A stretch of 64,000 bases of DNA from Brevundimonas sp. (lineage in GTDB: Bacteria; Pseudomonadota; Alphaproteobacteria; Caulobacterales; Caulobacteraceae): assembly GCA_036744355.1 (NCBI GenBank), contig DAIOID010000001.1, positions 11,727 through 75,726 on the forward strand, given 5' to 3'. Numbering within the stretch: the first letter of the stretch is position 1; each line of letters begins with the position of its first letter. The notes under the pieces were generated by a model. The model had not been told where the DNA came from. It worked only from the letters and a program-made list of their open reading frames with translations, and made no database searches. Positions 29,046-39,839 of this stretch are shown here, in pieces. The translations under genes and the position numbers were made by a program.

Positions 29046-29873
29046 CGCCGCCCGCACCCAGGCTCTGCGCCACCGCACCTCGTCCGGGGCCAGAACGGCG
29101 CAGGCCGCCAGGCAAGCGGCCGCCTTGGCCGAGGCGGCGGCCAGACCCGGCCAGCGTTTTCCGGCGGCGAGGTAGCCCCGCGCATGGGTCTGACCGGCCC
29201 GGAAGGCGCGTCGCGCCAGCCAGTCCAGGGACAGCCGATCGTTCGCCGTCGGTTCGCGGACGACGGCGTCGGGAATCGATCGGAATCGGGCGCCCTGGCG
29301 ATGCAGGCGCGAGAAGAACTCCGTATCCTCGCCGCCGGATCGGCCGAGGGCGACCAGGAAGCGTTCCGCGCCTATGGCGGCGCGCCGCACCAGGGCGTTG
29401 GACGTATAGCCGGTGACGACGCCGCGCTTGGTCGCGACCGGCCGGATCGAATGCAGGTCCGCCTTCGGAATCCAGGCGGGGGCCGAGGCGGGATAGAGCG
29501 CGACGACCGGGCCGAACGCGGCCGCGTCGTCTCCGATGCCGGCGAGGAGCGCGGTCAGCCATCCGGCATCGGCCGCCTCGTCGTCATCTATCCAGGCGAT
29601 GAAGGGCGCCTCGGCCGCGTCCAGGCAGGCGTTGCGGGCGACGGATATATTGCGCGCCGGGGCGTGGAGGTAGACGACAGGCCAGCGGAGCGGCCCGATG
29701 GCTTCGACAAGAGGCCGAGCGCTCGGCGTGTCGTCGTTGTCGGCCACGAGAATTCGCACCGCGCCCGGCGCCAGGCCCTCCTGGCGATCCAATGACCGCA
29801 GCGTCGCCTCGAGGCTGGGTCGCCGGTAGGTGCAGACGCAGACATCGACGACAGGCGCGCTGAAAGTCCGCAT
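28989..29873 (-). CDS. exoM: GT2 glycosyltransferase, ExoM-like
   Basis: VCVCTYRR, VADND..PSA, PARNISVARNACLD, IDDDE, GGEDTEFF. Confidence 0.8.
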   Translation of the reverse strand: MRTFSAPVVDVCVCTYRRPSLEATLRSLDRQEGLAPGAVRILVADNDDTPSARPLVEAIGPLRWPVVYLHAPARNISVARNACLDAAEAPFIAWIDDDEAADAGWLTALLAGIGDDAAAFGPVVALYPASAPAWIPKADLHSIRPVATKRGVVTGYTSNALVRRAAIGAERFLVALGRSGGEDTEFFSRLHRQGARFRSIPDAVVREPTANDRLSLDWLARRAFRAGQTHARGYLAAGKRWPGLAAASAKAAACLAACAVLAPDEVRWRRAWVRAALHRGVVSRLLGAQDLQLY

Positions 29874-29935
29874 GATCGGGTTCCGGGCGAGGATTTCTGA
29901 CCGCTGACTAGCAGATCAGCGGCGGCCCGCAATGC

Positions 29936-30625
29936 TCACCGTGCGCCGCGCGCCGTCAGCACGGCGGGGATGGTCAGGATCAGGACCTTGAGATCCGTCG
30001 CCAGGCTGCGCCGGCGCACATAGATCACGTCGCAGGCCACGCGCCGGCGATAGCTGGTGTCGCTCCGCCCGCTGATCTGCCAGAGGCCCGAGATGCCCGG
30101 GCGGACGCGGCTGTAGGCTTCGAAGCGTCTTCCGTAGAACGGGCGTTCGGCGGCGACGATGGGCCGGGGACCCACGAGGCTCATCTCCCCGCGGATCACA
30201 TTGATGAGCTGGGGAAGCTCGTCGAGGCTGCTGGCGCGCAGGAAACGGCCGAGCCGGGTGACGCGCGGATCGTTCGAGAGCTTCTGAGTCGCCTCCCATT
30301 CCGCCCGCGCCGCCAGATCCTTTTGCAGCAGCTCGGCGAGCCGAACGTCCGCATTGGTCACCATGGTGCGGAACTTAAGGCAGCCGAAACTGCGGCCGCC
30401 CCGGCCCAGGCGGGAATGCCGGAAGAGCGCGGGCCCGCCGTCGTCCAGCCAAATGCAAAGCGCCACGAGAAGAAGCAACGGAAGCAGGAAGACGAGCGCC
30501 AGCGCGGCGACGCTCACGTCGAAGGCGCGGGGCGTCGCAAGGGGCTGCCGCGGCAGGCGGGAGCGCCCCCGGGGTAATCCACGGACGGGTAGGGCTGATG
30601 TGCCGATTTGTGCCATTGTGTTCAT
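29936..30625 (-). CDS. Priming sugar (phosphoglycosyl) transferase, ExoY/WbaP C-terminal type
   Basis: [44 protein letters not shown]. Confidence 0.92.
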   Translation of the reverse strand: MNTMAQIGTSALPVRGLPRGRSRLPRQPLATPRAFDVSVAALALVFLLPLLLLVALCIWLDDGGPALFRHSRLGRGGRSFGCLKFRTMVTNADVRLAELLQKDLAARAEWEATQKLSNDPRVTRLGRFLRASSLDELPQLINVIRGEMSLVGPRPIVAAERPFYGRRFEAYSRVRPGISGLWQISGRSDTSYRRRVACDVIYVRRRSLATDLKVLILTIPAVLTARGAR

Positions 30626-30842
30626 TCTTCGTTAACGTTTGGCCCGGAAGGCCACGCCATTGCAAGCCCCTTGCCATGATCTGGCCCGAATCGAGCCGGA
30701 TGCGGCTCAGCCGACACAGTCTTCGGTCCTGTGGAAAAACCGCTGGACTATGTTGCAGTGCAATGCGAAGGTCCTCTCCAAGACTTCCGCGATCCCATTT
30801 TCAGTATTGGTGACAGGCCTTACGGCCTGGCTGGAGCCTGCC

Positions 30843-31529
30843 ATGACTTCACGCTCCCTCGCTGGTTCGCCGGTCATGCCCCGCAGCCCCTCAGGGGGCG
30901 CCCGTGACAAGCTTGACCATGGCGTCGACTGGATGCGCATCCTCGATGTCCTGATCGCAACCGCGGCCCTGATCTTTATTGCTCCGCTTCTGCTTGTGCT
31001 GACGGTCGCCGTCGTGCTCAACGACGGCGGCGCTCCGGTCTATCGGCAGCAGCGCATCGGAAGAGGCGGCCGCGTCTTCCATTGCCTGAAGTTCCGTTCG
31101 ATGGTCCCGGACGCCGCCGAACGCCTTGAGCGGCTCCTGGAGAGCGACCCCGCCGCTCGGCGGGAATGGGAAACGGACCACAAGCTGCGGAACGACCCCC
31201 GGGTGACGGCCTTCGGCCGCTTCATCCGCCGGACCAGCCTCGACGAATTGCCGCAGTTGGTGAACGTCGTCGCCGGCGACATGAGCCTCGTGGGGCCCCG
31301 CCCGATCGTCCTGGCGGAGACGCCGCGCTACGGAGCGTACCTGCGCCACTATCTGACCGTCCGACCCGGCATCACCGGCGTGTGGCAGGTCAGCGGACGC
31401 AACGACGTGTCCTACAGACGCCGGATCGCCTGCGACGTGCTCTACGCCCGCCGGCGCAGCCTGGCCCGCAACCTCCTGATCATGGCGGCCACGGTGCCCG
31501 CCGTGCTCCAGTCACGAGGTTCCTACTGA
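30843..31529 (+). CDS. Second priming sugar transferase, ExoY-like
   Basis: [34 protein letters not shown]; start uncertain. Confidence 0.9.
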   Translation: MTSRSLAGSPVMPRSPSGGARDKLDHGVDWMRILDVLIATAALIFIAPLLLVLTVAVVLNDGGAPVYRQQRIGRGGRVFHCLKFRSMVPDAAERLERLLESDPAARREWETDHKLRNDPRVTAFGRFIRRTSLDELPQLVNVVAGDMSLVGPRPIVLAETPRYGAYLRHYLTVRPGITGVWQVSGRNDVSYRRRIACDVLYARRRSLARNLLIMAATVPAVLQSRGSY

Positions 31530-31550
31530 GTTCGGCCAGGGAGGCGAGGG

Positions 31551-32306
31551 ATGGCGCTTATGCTGAGGACGCTCGTATTCTGCGCCACGCTCGGCGCGGC
31601 CGCCGGGGTGATGACCGCCCAGGCGCAACCGCCGCCTCCACCCCTGCCGGACTTCTCCGGGGTGACGTTGCGCCTGTGGGACTGGTCGGCGCCGATGGCC
31701 CCATCCCAGTGGTCCGAGCCCAAGCTGGGCGGCTATGACTGGCGTGTCGACCACGCGACCGTAGGCGGCGGGGAGCTCCTCCTGTCCGTGAGCGAGCGCG
31801 CCTCGGGTCAGGTCCAGACCAACGCCGCCGCCGCCTCTTCCTCGGCGCTCTGGGAGGTGGACGTCACCATGCCGCCTATGCGCGACGGTCTCATCGCCGC
31901 GCCCCTCTGGACCTTCAACGCGGACACCTTCGATGAGATCGATTTCGAAGTCGTCGGCCGCAAAGGGCTTCAACTAACCGTCTGGAGCGCCGTTGACGGT
32001 CGCCACACCTCGGTCTGGTCGCGCCAGGTCATCGACGGCGACCTGTCGGGACGCCGCTATCGGCTCGGCATCGCCTACGAGGCCGGCGAGCGAATCCGCT
32101 TCTACGTCGACGGCCGCCAAGTGGCGGAGGTGCGCCCGGATGATGCGCCGCTCGGATTTCCATCCACCCCCCAGAAGCCGTATTTCGATCTCTGGGTGGC
32201 GAACGGTCTCAATCCCGGGTGGGCCGGACGCTGGTCGCCGCTTCGTTCAGGCGAACGCCTGACAATGCGGCTTCACGGCTATCGGGCGACGCCGCTGGCG
32301 GATTGA
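31551..32306 (+). CDS. Secreted GH16-like glycanase (ExoK-like)
   Basis: Signal peptide; DEIDFE (E-x-D-x-E) GH16 catalytic motif; IRFYVDG. Confidence 0.75.
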   Translation: MALMLRTLVFCATLGAAAGVMTAQAQPPPPPLPDFSGVTLRLWDWSAPMAPSQWSEPKLGGYDWRVDHATVGGGELLLSVSERASGQVQTNAAAASSSALWEVDVTMPPMRDGLIAAPLWTFNADTFDEIDFEVVGRKGLQLTVWSAVDGRHTSVWSRQVIDGDLSGRRYRLGIAYEAGERIRFYVDGRQVAEVRPDDAPLGFPSTPQKPYFDLWVANGLNPGWAGRWSPLRSGERLTMRLHGYRATPLAD

Positions 32307-32308
32307 CG

Positions 32309-32455
32309 TCAGCCGGCGAGCACGTGATGCAGCAGGGCGGCGAGCGAGAGCCAGATGGCGAGGTTGCCGCTGATCAGGCTCCAGAAGACGAGCGGGCGGC
32401 CAGGGAGAAGGCCGCGGCAGGCCAGCGGCAGCGGATCTGTCGTGTGATCTTGCAT
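32309..32455 (-). CDS. Small membrane protein (48 aa), not in the ORF track
   Basis: GGAGGG RBS then ATG; MQDHTTDPLPLACRGLLPGRPLVFWSLISGNLAIWLSLAALLHHVLAG. Confidence 0.5.
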   Translation of the reverse strand: MQDHTTDPLPLACRGLLPGRPLVFWSLISGNLAIWLSLAALLHHVLAG

Positions 32456-32846
32456 GAGTACCCTCCCGTTGTTTATCGCTTTGCCTGGAGGCTAGATGAG
32501 TCTTCAATCCACGCAAATACGCAGAGTTCCGCAGCGCGCTGCATCTGACGGAGGAGACGGCGTCATTGTGCGCCGCAACCTGGCCGCAATGTCGGTGTCA
32601 GCTGCGCACGCATTTTTCCGGAGCGCCTATTGATCTCGCTGGCCCTGCTGCTCTGCGCATTCGTCGCCGTCTGGCTGATCTGGCCCGCCGTTCAACGCCG
32701 CCTGGGCTGGGGATCGCCGCTGACGCCCGTCCGCCGCAGCTTGCGGCGTCGTCGCAGCTACCGGCGCCGGAGCACTCCCGGCCTGTGAAGGGGCGGCGCC
32801 GAGGTCATGGTTTACGGCCGTTGACGACGTCGTTTCACTTCGCCTT

Positions 32847-33377
32847 TTGAGCTCCGCGTCTACCGATCCTCTCGCAACTGCGAGACGGACCGTGCTGACT
32901 CCCCACCGAACCCTCCAACTTCTCAGGGCCGCGACGATCGCCGCCGTGGTCGGACTGCTCATTCTGACGCTTGGCCCGTTCGAGGGACTGGAAGCCCGCT
33001 TCGGGCTCGACGACCGCATGGCGCACGCGATCGCCTTCTACAGTCTTTCGCTCCTCGTATTCGCCATCGCGCCCCGGACCCGCCGGACGGACCTCGCGCT
33101 TGGCGTGCTGGCGCTCGGCCTTGTCATCGAACTGGCGCAGGGCGGGGTCGGCCGCAATTTTTCCCTAATGGATCTCCTCGCGGACGCCGCCGGCGTCGTC
33201 GCCGCCACCGCGCCCGCCCTGGTCGAGCGTTTCCGGGACGCGGCGCGACGACGGCCCTATCTCACCTTCGCGGCCATTCGGGATATGGACCGGCGACGCC
33301 GGTCGAGCGGCGGCGGAAAGGTCTCGGCGCGGGGCCTTGGGAGCGCGGACACGCCGGCGGGCGAAGCCTGGCGCTGA
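32847..33377 (+). CDS. VanZ-like membrane protein
   Basis: DRMAHAIAFY, IELAQ...GR.FS..DLLAD. Confidence 0.7.
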   Translation: MSSASTDPLATARRTVLTPHRTLQLLRAATIAAVVGLLILTLGPFEGLEARFGLDDRMAHAIAFYSLSLLVFAIAPRTRRTDLALGVLALGLVIELAQGGVGRNFSLMDLLADAAGVVAATAPALVERFRDAARRRPYLTFAAIRDMDRRRRSSGGGKVSARGLGSADTPAGEAWR

Positions 33378-33734
33378 CCGGTCGGGGTCGGCTCAGGCGC
33401 TGGGGCGTGTGTGGGCGACCCGCGGCTGCTGTTCCGATCGGGCCGCCCGGCCGGCGGAGGGAGAGAGCGCCCCGACGACGAGACGAAGCCTATCCGACGC
33501 CTTGCGCGCGCCAGACGCGCGGACGTGGTTAATCCGGGCCAACCCCGATCATTTCTGGGGACAGGTCGTCGCCGCTGTAGTATTTTGGCACAGGATCGCG
33601 CGCGGGGGCGTGACGGAGGGCGTCGATTGTTCCCTTGCTGAGCCTCCGGAGCGGCTTCAAGGCCGGGGGCGAGGCTGGCGCCGTCATTGCTGCGTGTTTG
33701 ATCCAGGGGGCGGGGCGCCTCGGGGGAGAGCGGG

Positions 33735-34856
33735 ATGCGCAAGGCGTGGGCGGATGCGGCGCGGGGCATGGCCATCATCACGGTGGTCTTTTTCCACGTG
33801 TCGCTCGAACTCGCCCGCGCCGGGCCGGTTCACTGGAGCGCCTGGGCGCTGATCAACTTCTTCGCCCCGTTTCCAATGACGATCTTCTTCCTGGTGGCGG
33901 GGCACTTCAGCCGATCCCTGCTGACGGGGCGATGGAACGCCCGCATCGGCGTTCGCCTGGCCGGCCTGGCCTATGTTTTCGCAGTCTGGTCGCTGCTGCG
34001 TTGGGGCGTTCTGGCCCTGTACGGCGATGCGCCGCAACCCCGGATCCTGGACTATGTGGTCGATCCCAGGACGCCGCTGTGGTTCCTGTGGGCTCTGATC
34101 GCCTACACGGGCCTGGCGGCCCTGATCCCGAGCCAGCAGCGGTGGATCGCCTTCGCGGCGGCATCGACGCTCGCGCTTCTGTCCTTCACCGAGGTCCTCT
34201 CCTTCGACAGCTTCGTGTACGAGAACCTCGTCAGGTTCTTTCCGTTCTTCCTCCTCGGATTGGCGGCGGCGAACGGGGATGGCTTGCTCGAGCGCCGTCG
34301 GCTCGCGGTCCTGGTCGGCGGCGGCGCGCTCTTCTGCCTCCTGGCCCTCTTGACGGCCCGCCTCACGCCGCCGCAACCGCTGCTCGGCCTCTTGCAGTCG
34401 GGGCTCACCGGCCTCGCCGCGCCGGTCGGCGTCGCCGCGGCCTCCGTCGTGGCCAGCGCGCCGGTGCTGGGCCGTCTCGTGCAGAGGTTCGGCCGAGCCA
34501 GCCTTGGCGTCTATCTGCTGCATTCCGTGGTCATTATCGCGGTGACGGCGCTCTGGCGCGGGAGCGGGGCGACGCTGGGCGTCGCCTGGCCGACCCCGTT
34601 CGTCGCCACGCTTGCGGTCCTCGTCCTCTCGCTCGGGCTGGCGGCGGCGACGCAACGCCTGGGCTGGACCTGGCTCTACCGGCCGCCCCTCCCCGGGAAG
34701 GTCGCGCCGGACGCCGGCGACGGGCGTGCTGAGGCGAAACCTTCGGGTCCGTCAGGGATTCTCGCTGCACAGGGCTCGAGTCGTCAAATTCTGTCGCCAA
34801 CCGCAGGCCGTCGGAGCAGCCGGCCGGCGCGAGGCGGGCAGACGGACGCTCCGTGA
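33735..34856 (+). CDS. Acyltransferase_3 family (polysaccharide O-acyltransferase)
   Basis: W.D.ARG.AI..VV..H, FFLVAG, LWFL.AL, GRASL.VYL.H. Confidence 0.85.
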   Translation: MRKAWADAARGMAIITVVFFHVSLELARAGPVHWSAWALINFFAPFPMTIFFLVAGHFSRSLLTGRWNARIGVRLAGLAYVFAVWSLLRWGVLALYGDAPQPRILDYVVDPRTPLWFLWALIAYTGLAALIPSQQRWIAFAAASTLALLSFTEVLSFDSFVYENLVRFFPFFLLGLAAANGDGLLERRRLAVLVGGGALFCLLALLTARLTPPQPLLGLLQSGLTGLAAPVGVAAASVVASAPVLGRLVQRFGRASLGVYLLHSVVIIAVTALWRGSGATLGVAWPTPFVATLAVLVLSLGLAAATQRLGWTWLYRPPLPGKVAPDAGDGRAEAKPSGPSGILAAQGSSRQILSPTAGRRSSRPARGGQTDAP

Positions 34857-34950
34857 CTCCGGTCACGGAGCGTTTGCCGGCCGCCCTCCGATGCGGCCGC
34901 GCTCTTGCATAGGCGCGCGTGTCATCCCAAAGCGGCACGAGGGCCTGATC

Positions 34951-35163
34951 ATGACGCATTCCGCAGAGTTCGCCGTCCACCTGCAGCAGTCGGCGCCCAC
35001 CGTATGGACCTGGCGGGTCCTCGACCCTGAGGGCGGCGAGGCGGCGTCGGGTCAGTCCGCCCATCCCGACATAGCCCGTGAGGAGGCGGAGTTCTTCCGC
35101 CGGTTCCTGCGCCGTTTCGAGCGGCGTCAGGTGCGTCTCCAGGCGACGTTCAAGTCAATGTGA
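34951..35163 (+). CDS. Small hypothetical protein (70 aa)
   Basis: GAGGG RBS then ATG; WTWRVLDPEG..A.G pattern. Confidence 0.45.
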   Translation: MTHSAEFAVHLQQSAPTVWTWRVLDPEGGEAASGQSAHPDIAREEAEFFRRFLRRFERRQVRLQATFKSM

Positions 35164-35632
35164 AAGAACGTGGGTCGCCCATAATGGATTAACCTTTCAT
35201 GGCCCGCCTTCTCGCTCACATCCTCGGCGCCCTGCACGACGCCGTCCAGCGCCTCGCCCGGCGGGAACGGCTGATCTGACCGGCAGGCGCGCGCTCGGCG
35301 GGCGATCCTTTCCAAGCGGTCGCCGGCCGGCGTGATTTCGGAGGGGCGGACTTCGACTGAGGAGCGCGCGGAGATCTGCGCCCGCCCCACCAAGCGGCGG
35401 CGATCCGAGCCTCGGAACGCCGTGGCGGCGGCCCGGCTCATGCGTCCCCCGCTGGGGCCGGGTCGCCTCATCCCCGCCTTCCGCGCCGAAGGGCGCCCGG
35501 TGCGCCGGGCGGTTGAGGTCGATGCGCGCGTGCGACATCATGCGCAGGCGACAGGGGTGATGGGTTGGACCGTCATGCGGATGACGGACGAGGGCGCGAA
35601 GGGGAGGGGGATGCTTCCCGAAAGGCGCCGGC

Positions 35633-36702
35633 TTGACCAAACCGATCTTCACCACGCTGGACGCGCTCCGTGGGGCGGCGGCCGTGATCGTGGTGGCGTA
35701 TCACGCCGGAACCCGCCGCGTGCCCGGCGGCTACCTCGCCGTCGATCTCTTCTTCGCGCTCAGCGGCTTCGTTTTGGCGCATAACTACGGCGGTGCGCTG
35801 AACGGCTGGCGTGACGCCGGGGCGTTCATGGTCCGCCGTCTCATCCGGCTCTATCCCCTCTATGGACTGGCCCTCGCCGTCGGGTTCGGCGTCCACATGG
35901 TCGCCACCCTGCCGGCGGGGACCTTCTGGCCCAGTCGCGCGCTGGGGACTCTTGCCGCCAACGCGGTCTTCGCGCCTGCGGCGCCGGCCTTCTTGGTGAC
36001 CTGGCATCTCTATCCGTTCAATCCCCCCGCCTGGTCGCTGTTTTTCGAACTCGCGGTCAATGCGCTGTTCGCCCTGGCCGCGCCGTTCCTGCGGGGGTGG
36101 CGGCCCTTGCTCACGCTTGTGGGGCTCGGCGCCGCGACCCTCATCTGGGTCGCGATCGTCCATGGAGACCTGAACGGCGGCGCGCCCGCTTCTCCGGCTT
36201 CGCCATCGCGGCCGCCCGGGTGTTCTTCTCATTCTTCACCGGCGTCGCCCTGCATCGCCTGTGGGCGGCCGGACGTCTCCGCATCTGCCTCTCACCCTGG
36301 ATCGTGGTCGCGGGTTTCCTCGCCATCGTGCTCGTCCCTGCGCCGGCGCGGTGGGTGACGGTCCGGGACCTCGTCGCCGTGCTCTGCCTTCTGCCCTTGC
36401 TGATCGCGGGATCAACGAACGGTCGGCCTTCGCGCGTGCTCGGATATCTGGGCCGCGTCTCCTTCGCCCTCTACGTCATCCATACCCCCTTGCTCTATCT
36501 GCTGAACCAGGTCGGCGAAGCGGTGGCGGGGCTTCGGGTTCGGGAGATGGGGCTGGCTGGCCCGGTGCTCCTGCTCGCGGTCAGCCTCCCGGCGGCGGCG
36601 GTCATAGACCGCTTCGACGGACCACTCAGGCGCCGCCTTGCCGGAGCGCTGCCGCGAGCGCGGTCTGCCGCCGGCGATCCGCAACGCGCCCCGATGCGGT
36701 GA
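35633..36702 (+). pseudogene. Acyltransferase_3 family, frameshifted near 36185
   Basis: N-half (LDALRGAAA, YLAVDLFFALSGFV, RRLIRLYP, WSLFFE) and C-half (LGRVSFALYVIH) lie in different frames. Confidence 0.75.
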
Positions 36703-36729
36703 TCCGACCCCGACCGAGGCGTCGTGGCC

Positions 36730-37140
36730 TCAGAAATCGGGACGCGCATCCTGTTCTGCGGGCGTTCCGGCCGCGGATCGCAGGCTCAGCTGGCCGCGGC
36801 CGGAGGCGCCGAGCGCCTCCAGCAGATTCAGCACAGCTTGGCGCTGCTCGGGAGCCGCGAGCCGCGACCAGGCGGCGACAAGCCGCCGCGCGCCGGGATG
36901 CTCGTAGGGGTCGGGCTCGCCGAGAAGATCGCCGGGCGAGCATCTGAGAACGACGGCGAGACGCTGAAGCCTTTCGGCGCTGACGCCCGCCGCGCCGTGT
37001 TCGTATTTATGCAGCTGAACCCAGGTCACGCCGATCGCATCGGCGACGGCGCGCTGGGTGAGGCCCATTGTGCGGCGCCGCATGCGCAGCGCGCGCCCGA
37101 TGTCGGCGTTGATGTCGGCATCGCTCGGCATGCTCGACAT
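36730..37140 (-). CDS. XRE-family HTH transcriptional regulator
   Basis: IGRALRMRR..MGLTQRAVA..IGVT.VQL.KYE.G; start 37140 or 37131. Confidence 0.85.
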   Translation of the reverse strand: MSSMPSDADINADIGRALRMRRRTMGLTQRAVADAIGVTWVQLHKYEHGAAGVSAERLQRLAVVLRCSPGDLLGEPDPYEHPGARRLVAAWSRLAAPEQRQAVLNLLEALGASGRGQLSLRSAAGTPAEQDARPDF

Positions 37141-37227
37141 TAACATTCCGTTACCGGCCATGCATGAGGATTTTTGCGCTGCAACAAATCGTGTAACGCT
37201 GGCGTCTGAACATCGAGTGAGGCGACC

Positions 37228-38865
37228 ATGCACGAACGCGCTGGAGAGATGGCTCGGGCCGAAGACCTTGTCGATGTGGACGCTCTGATACGAGCCTACG
37301 ACGCGATCCGGCCCGATCCCGCGCTTCCCGCCCAGCAGGTCGTCTTCGGCACCTCCGGTCACAGAGGCTCCAGTCTCGACGGGGCCTTCAACGAGGCGCA
37401 CATCCTCGCCGTGGCGCAGGCGGTGGCCGAGCATCGCCTGAAAACGGGCGTGACCGGCCCGCTGTTCCTGGCTCGCGACACGCACGCCCTGTCTGAGCCC
37501 GCCTGGCGCACGACCCTGGAGGTCCTCGTCGCCAACGGCGTCGACGCCCTCATCGACGCCCGGGACGGCGTCACCCCGACACCGGCCGTGTCGCATGCGA
37601 TCCTGCACGCGAACCGACGACAGCCCGGAAGCGCGGACGGCGTCCTGCTCACGCCCTCGCACAATCCGCCGCGCGACGGCGGCATCAAGTACAATCCGTC
37701 TTCCGGCGGCCCCGCCGGAAGCGAGGCGACCTCAGCGATAGCCCGTCGCGCCAACGCGCTCATCGCGGACGGCCTGCGCGAGGTCCGACGGGTTCCCATC
37801 GAAACGGCGCTTCGGCAGGCCCGGCGTTACGATTACATGGAAGCCTATGTCGATGATCTGCCGAGCGTGCTGGACCTTGACCTCATCCGCTCCGCCGGAG
37901 TGCGCCTCGCCGTCGATCCGCTTGGAGGCGCGAGCGTGGAGTACTGGCGTAAGATCGCCGACCGGCATCGGCTCGACCTCGCCGTGATCAACCCGGTCGT
38001 GGATCCTCGGTGGGCGTTCATGCCCCTGGACTTCGACGGCAAGATCCGGATGGATTGCTCCTCGTCCGCCGCCATGCGCAATCTGACCTGCGCCATGGCG
38101 CAGGCTGGCGCGGCCGACATCGCGGTGGGCAACGACGCCGACGCCGATCGCCACGGCGTCGTCACCCCGGATGGGGGCCTGATGAACCCCAATCATTTTC
38201 TCGCGGCCGCCATCGCCTATGTCTTTACGCATAGGCCGGAGTGGCCGGCGAGGGCCGGGGTGGGCAAGACCCTGGTGTCGTCCTCTATGATCGACCGCGT
38301 CGCCGCAGACCTCGGTCGACCGCTGGTCGAGACGCCCGTGGGGTTCAAGTATTTCGTGGAAGGGCTTGAAAACGGAAGCCTTGGCTTCGCCGGCGAGGAA
38401 TCCGCCGGCGCATCGCTGCTGCGCCGGAACGGGGCGACGTGGACGACGGACAAGGACGGGATCGTTCTCGGCCTGCTGGCGGCGGAGATGACGGCCCGGT
38501 CGGGGGACAGCCCAAGCCAGTCCTACGGGCAGCTCGCGGCGCGACACGGGACGCCGACGTACGCCCGCATCGACGCGCCCGCGACCGCAGTGCAGAAGAA
38601 GCAGCTGGCGAGCCTTCGAGCCCGCGATGTGTCCGCCCGGGAGTTGGCGGGGGAGCCGGTCGCGCGGGTGATGACCGAGGCGCCGGGAAACGGGGCGCTC
38701 ATCGGAGGGGTAAAGGTGGCGACGGCGAACGCCTGGTTCGCCGCACGACCCTCGGGCACGGAGGATGTGTACAAGATTTATGCGGAATCGTTTCTCGGCC
38801 CGGACCATCTGGTTCAGGTGCAGCGGGAGGCCCAAGACCTGGTCTCCGCCGCCCTGGACCATTGA
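37228..38865 (+). CDS. pgm: Phosphoglucomutase
   Basis: [14 protein letters not shown] phosphoserine loop, DADADR metal site, GEESAG, RPSGTE. Confidence 0.95.
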   Translation: MHERAGEMARAEDLVDVDALIRAYDAIRPDPALPAQQVVFGTSGHRGSSLDGAFNEAHILAVAQAVAEHRLKTGVTGPLFLARDTHALSEPAWRTTLEVLVANGVDALIDARDGVTPTPAVSHAILHANRRQPGSADGVLLTPSHNPPRDGGIKYNPSSGGPAGSEATSAIARRANALIADGLREVRRVPIETALRQARRYDYMEAYVDDLPSVLDLDLIRSAGVRLAVDPLGGASVEYWRKIADRHRLDLAVINPVVDPRWAFMPLDFDGKIRMDCSSSAAMRNLTCAMAQAGAADIAVGNDADADRHGVVTPDGGLMNPNHFLAAAIAYVFTHRPEWPARAGVGKTLVSSSMIDRVAADLGRPLVETPVGFKYFVEGLENGSLGFAGEESAGASLLRRNGATWTTDKDGIVLGLLAAEMTARSGDSPSQSYGQLAARHGTPTYARIDAPATAVQKKQLASLRARDVSARELAGEPVARVMTEAPGNGALIGGVKVATANAWFAARPSGTEDVYKIYAESFLGPDHLVQVQREAQDLVSAALDH

Positions 38866-38919
38866 CCGGCGCCGTATGTCGAGGCGCAGTCCGGATCGGG
38901 GAACAGGGGCGCAGCCGAA

Positions 38920-39501
38920 ATGGACGTAGGCGGAGATACGGCCGTCCCCTGGCGCCCGGTTCCGGATATGCCGGAGACGCCGTGCGGGATCGAAGTCGAC
39001 GCGGCGCCCGGTTGGGCGACGGTCAGGGCGACCTATTCCTTCTATGCAGGCGAGCGCGACCTGATGGTCGAACTTTGGACGCCGGTCGCCTCCGTGTTCG
39101 GCAGGACGGCCTCTCCGCCTGTGCATTTTGGGTCCGACTACCCGACGCTCGCGGATCCGCGATGGTCGGACTATCGGTGGCCGTTGATGAAGATCGAGAA
39201 GTCGAGCTGGCTCGCCCGCCATGCCGCCGTGCTGGACGATGCGGCGTCGCATGTGCATCTGCGGTTCCTGAGCGACGACGGCTCCTTCGACGCCTCGTGG
39301 CGTCACCGCCGCGGGTCTCCTGGGCGTCGGGACGAGGGCGCGTGTTCTACACCCCCCTTCATCGCCGTCCGGCTTCATGAAGAAGCTGGGCGGAGATGGT
39401 CGCGATCCCGAGGTCAGGGTTGCGCGTGCGCCGGCGAAGCGCTTCTGGCGCGGCGTCCTCAGCGAATTGAAGCGCTAGAGTTGCAACAAACGACAGGATG
39501 A
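38920..39501 (+). CDS. Hypothetical protein
   Basis: 193-aa ORF with no recognised motif. Confidence 0.35.
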   Translation: MDVGGDTAVPWRPVPDMPETPCGIEVDAAPGWATVRATYSFYAGERDLMVELWTPVASVFGRTASPPVHFGSDYPTLADPRWSDYRWPLMKIEKSSWLARHAAVLDDAASHVHLRFLSDDGSFDASWRHRRGSPGRRDEGACSTPPFIAVRLHEEAGRRWSRSRGQGCACAGEALLARRPQRIEALELQQTTG

Positions 39502-39839
39502 TCGCCATGACCGATCTGGATCCCATCGACGTCCGATTGGGCGATCGGCTATGCCGGCGGCGCCACCGCCGGCGGCTACGACGACTTCATCAATACGCCC
39601 GATCTCCACAGCAACGGCGTGCACGACTGCCTTCAGAGCTTCGGCGGGCGCGGCGGGCCGGGCTGGTTCGTCGGCTGCTGGGTCGTCGACCGCGCGACGG
39701 GGCAGGTGCGTCCCTTTCAGGACGGCCTGATCGCCGGCTCGCAGAATTCGTTCGGCGGCGACGGCGCGGAGATCACCTTCAACGGCGACTCGGTCGCGCC
39801 GGAAAATCATTCGGTGAACGCCAACCTGTTCCTGAGCTA

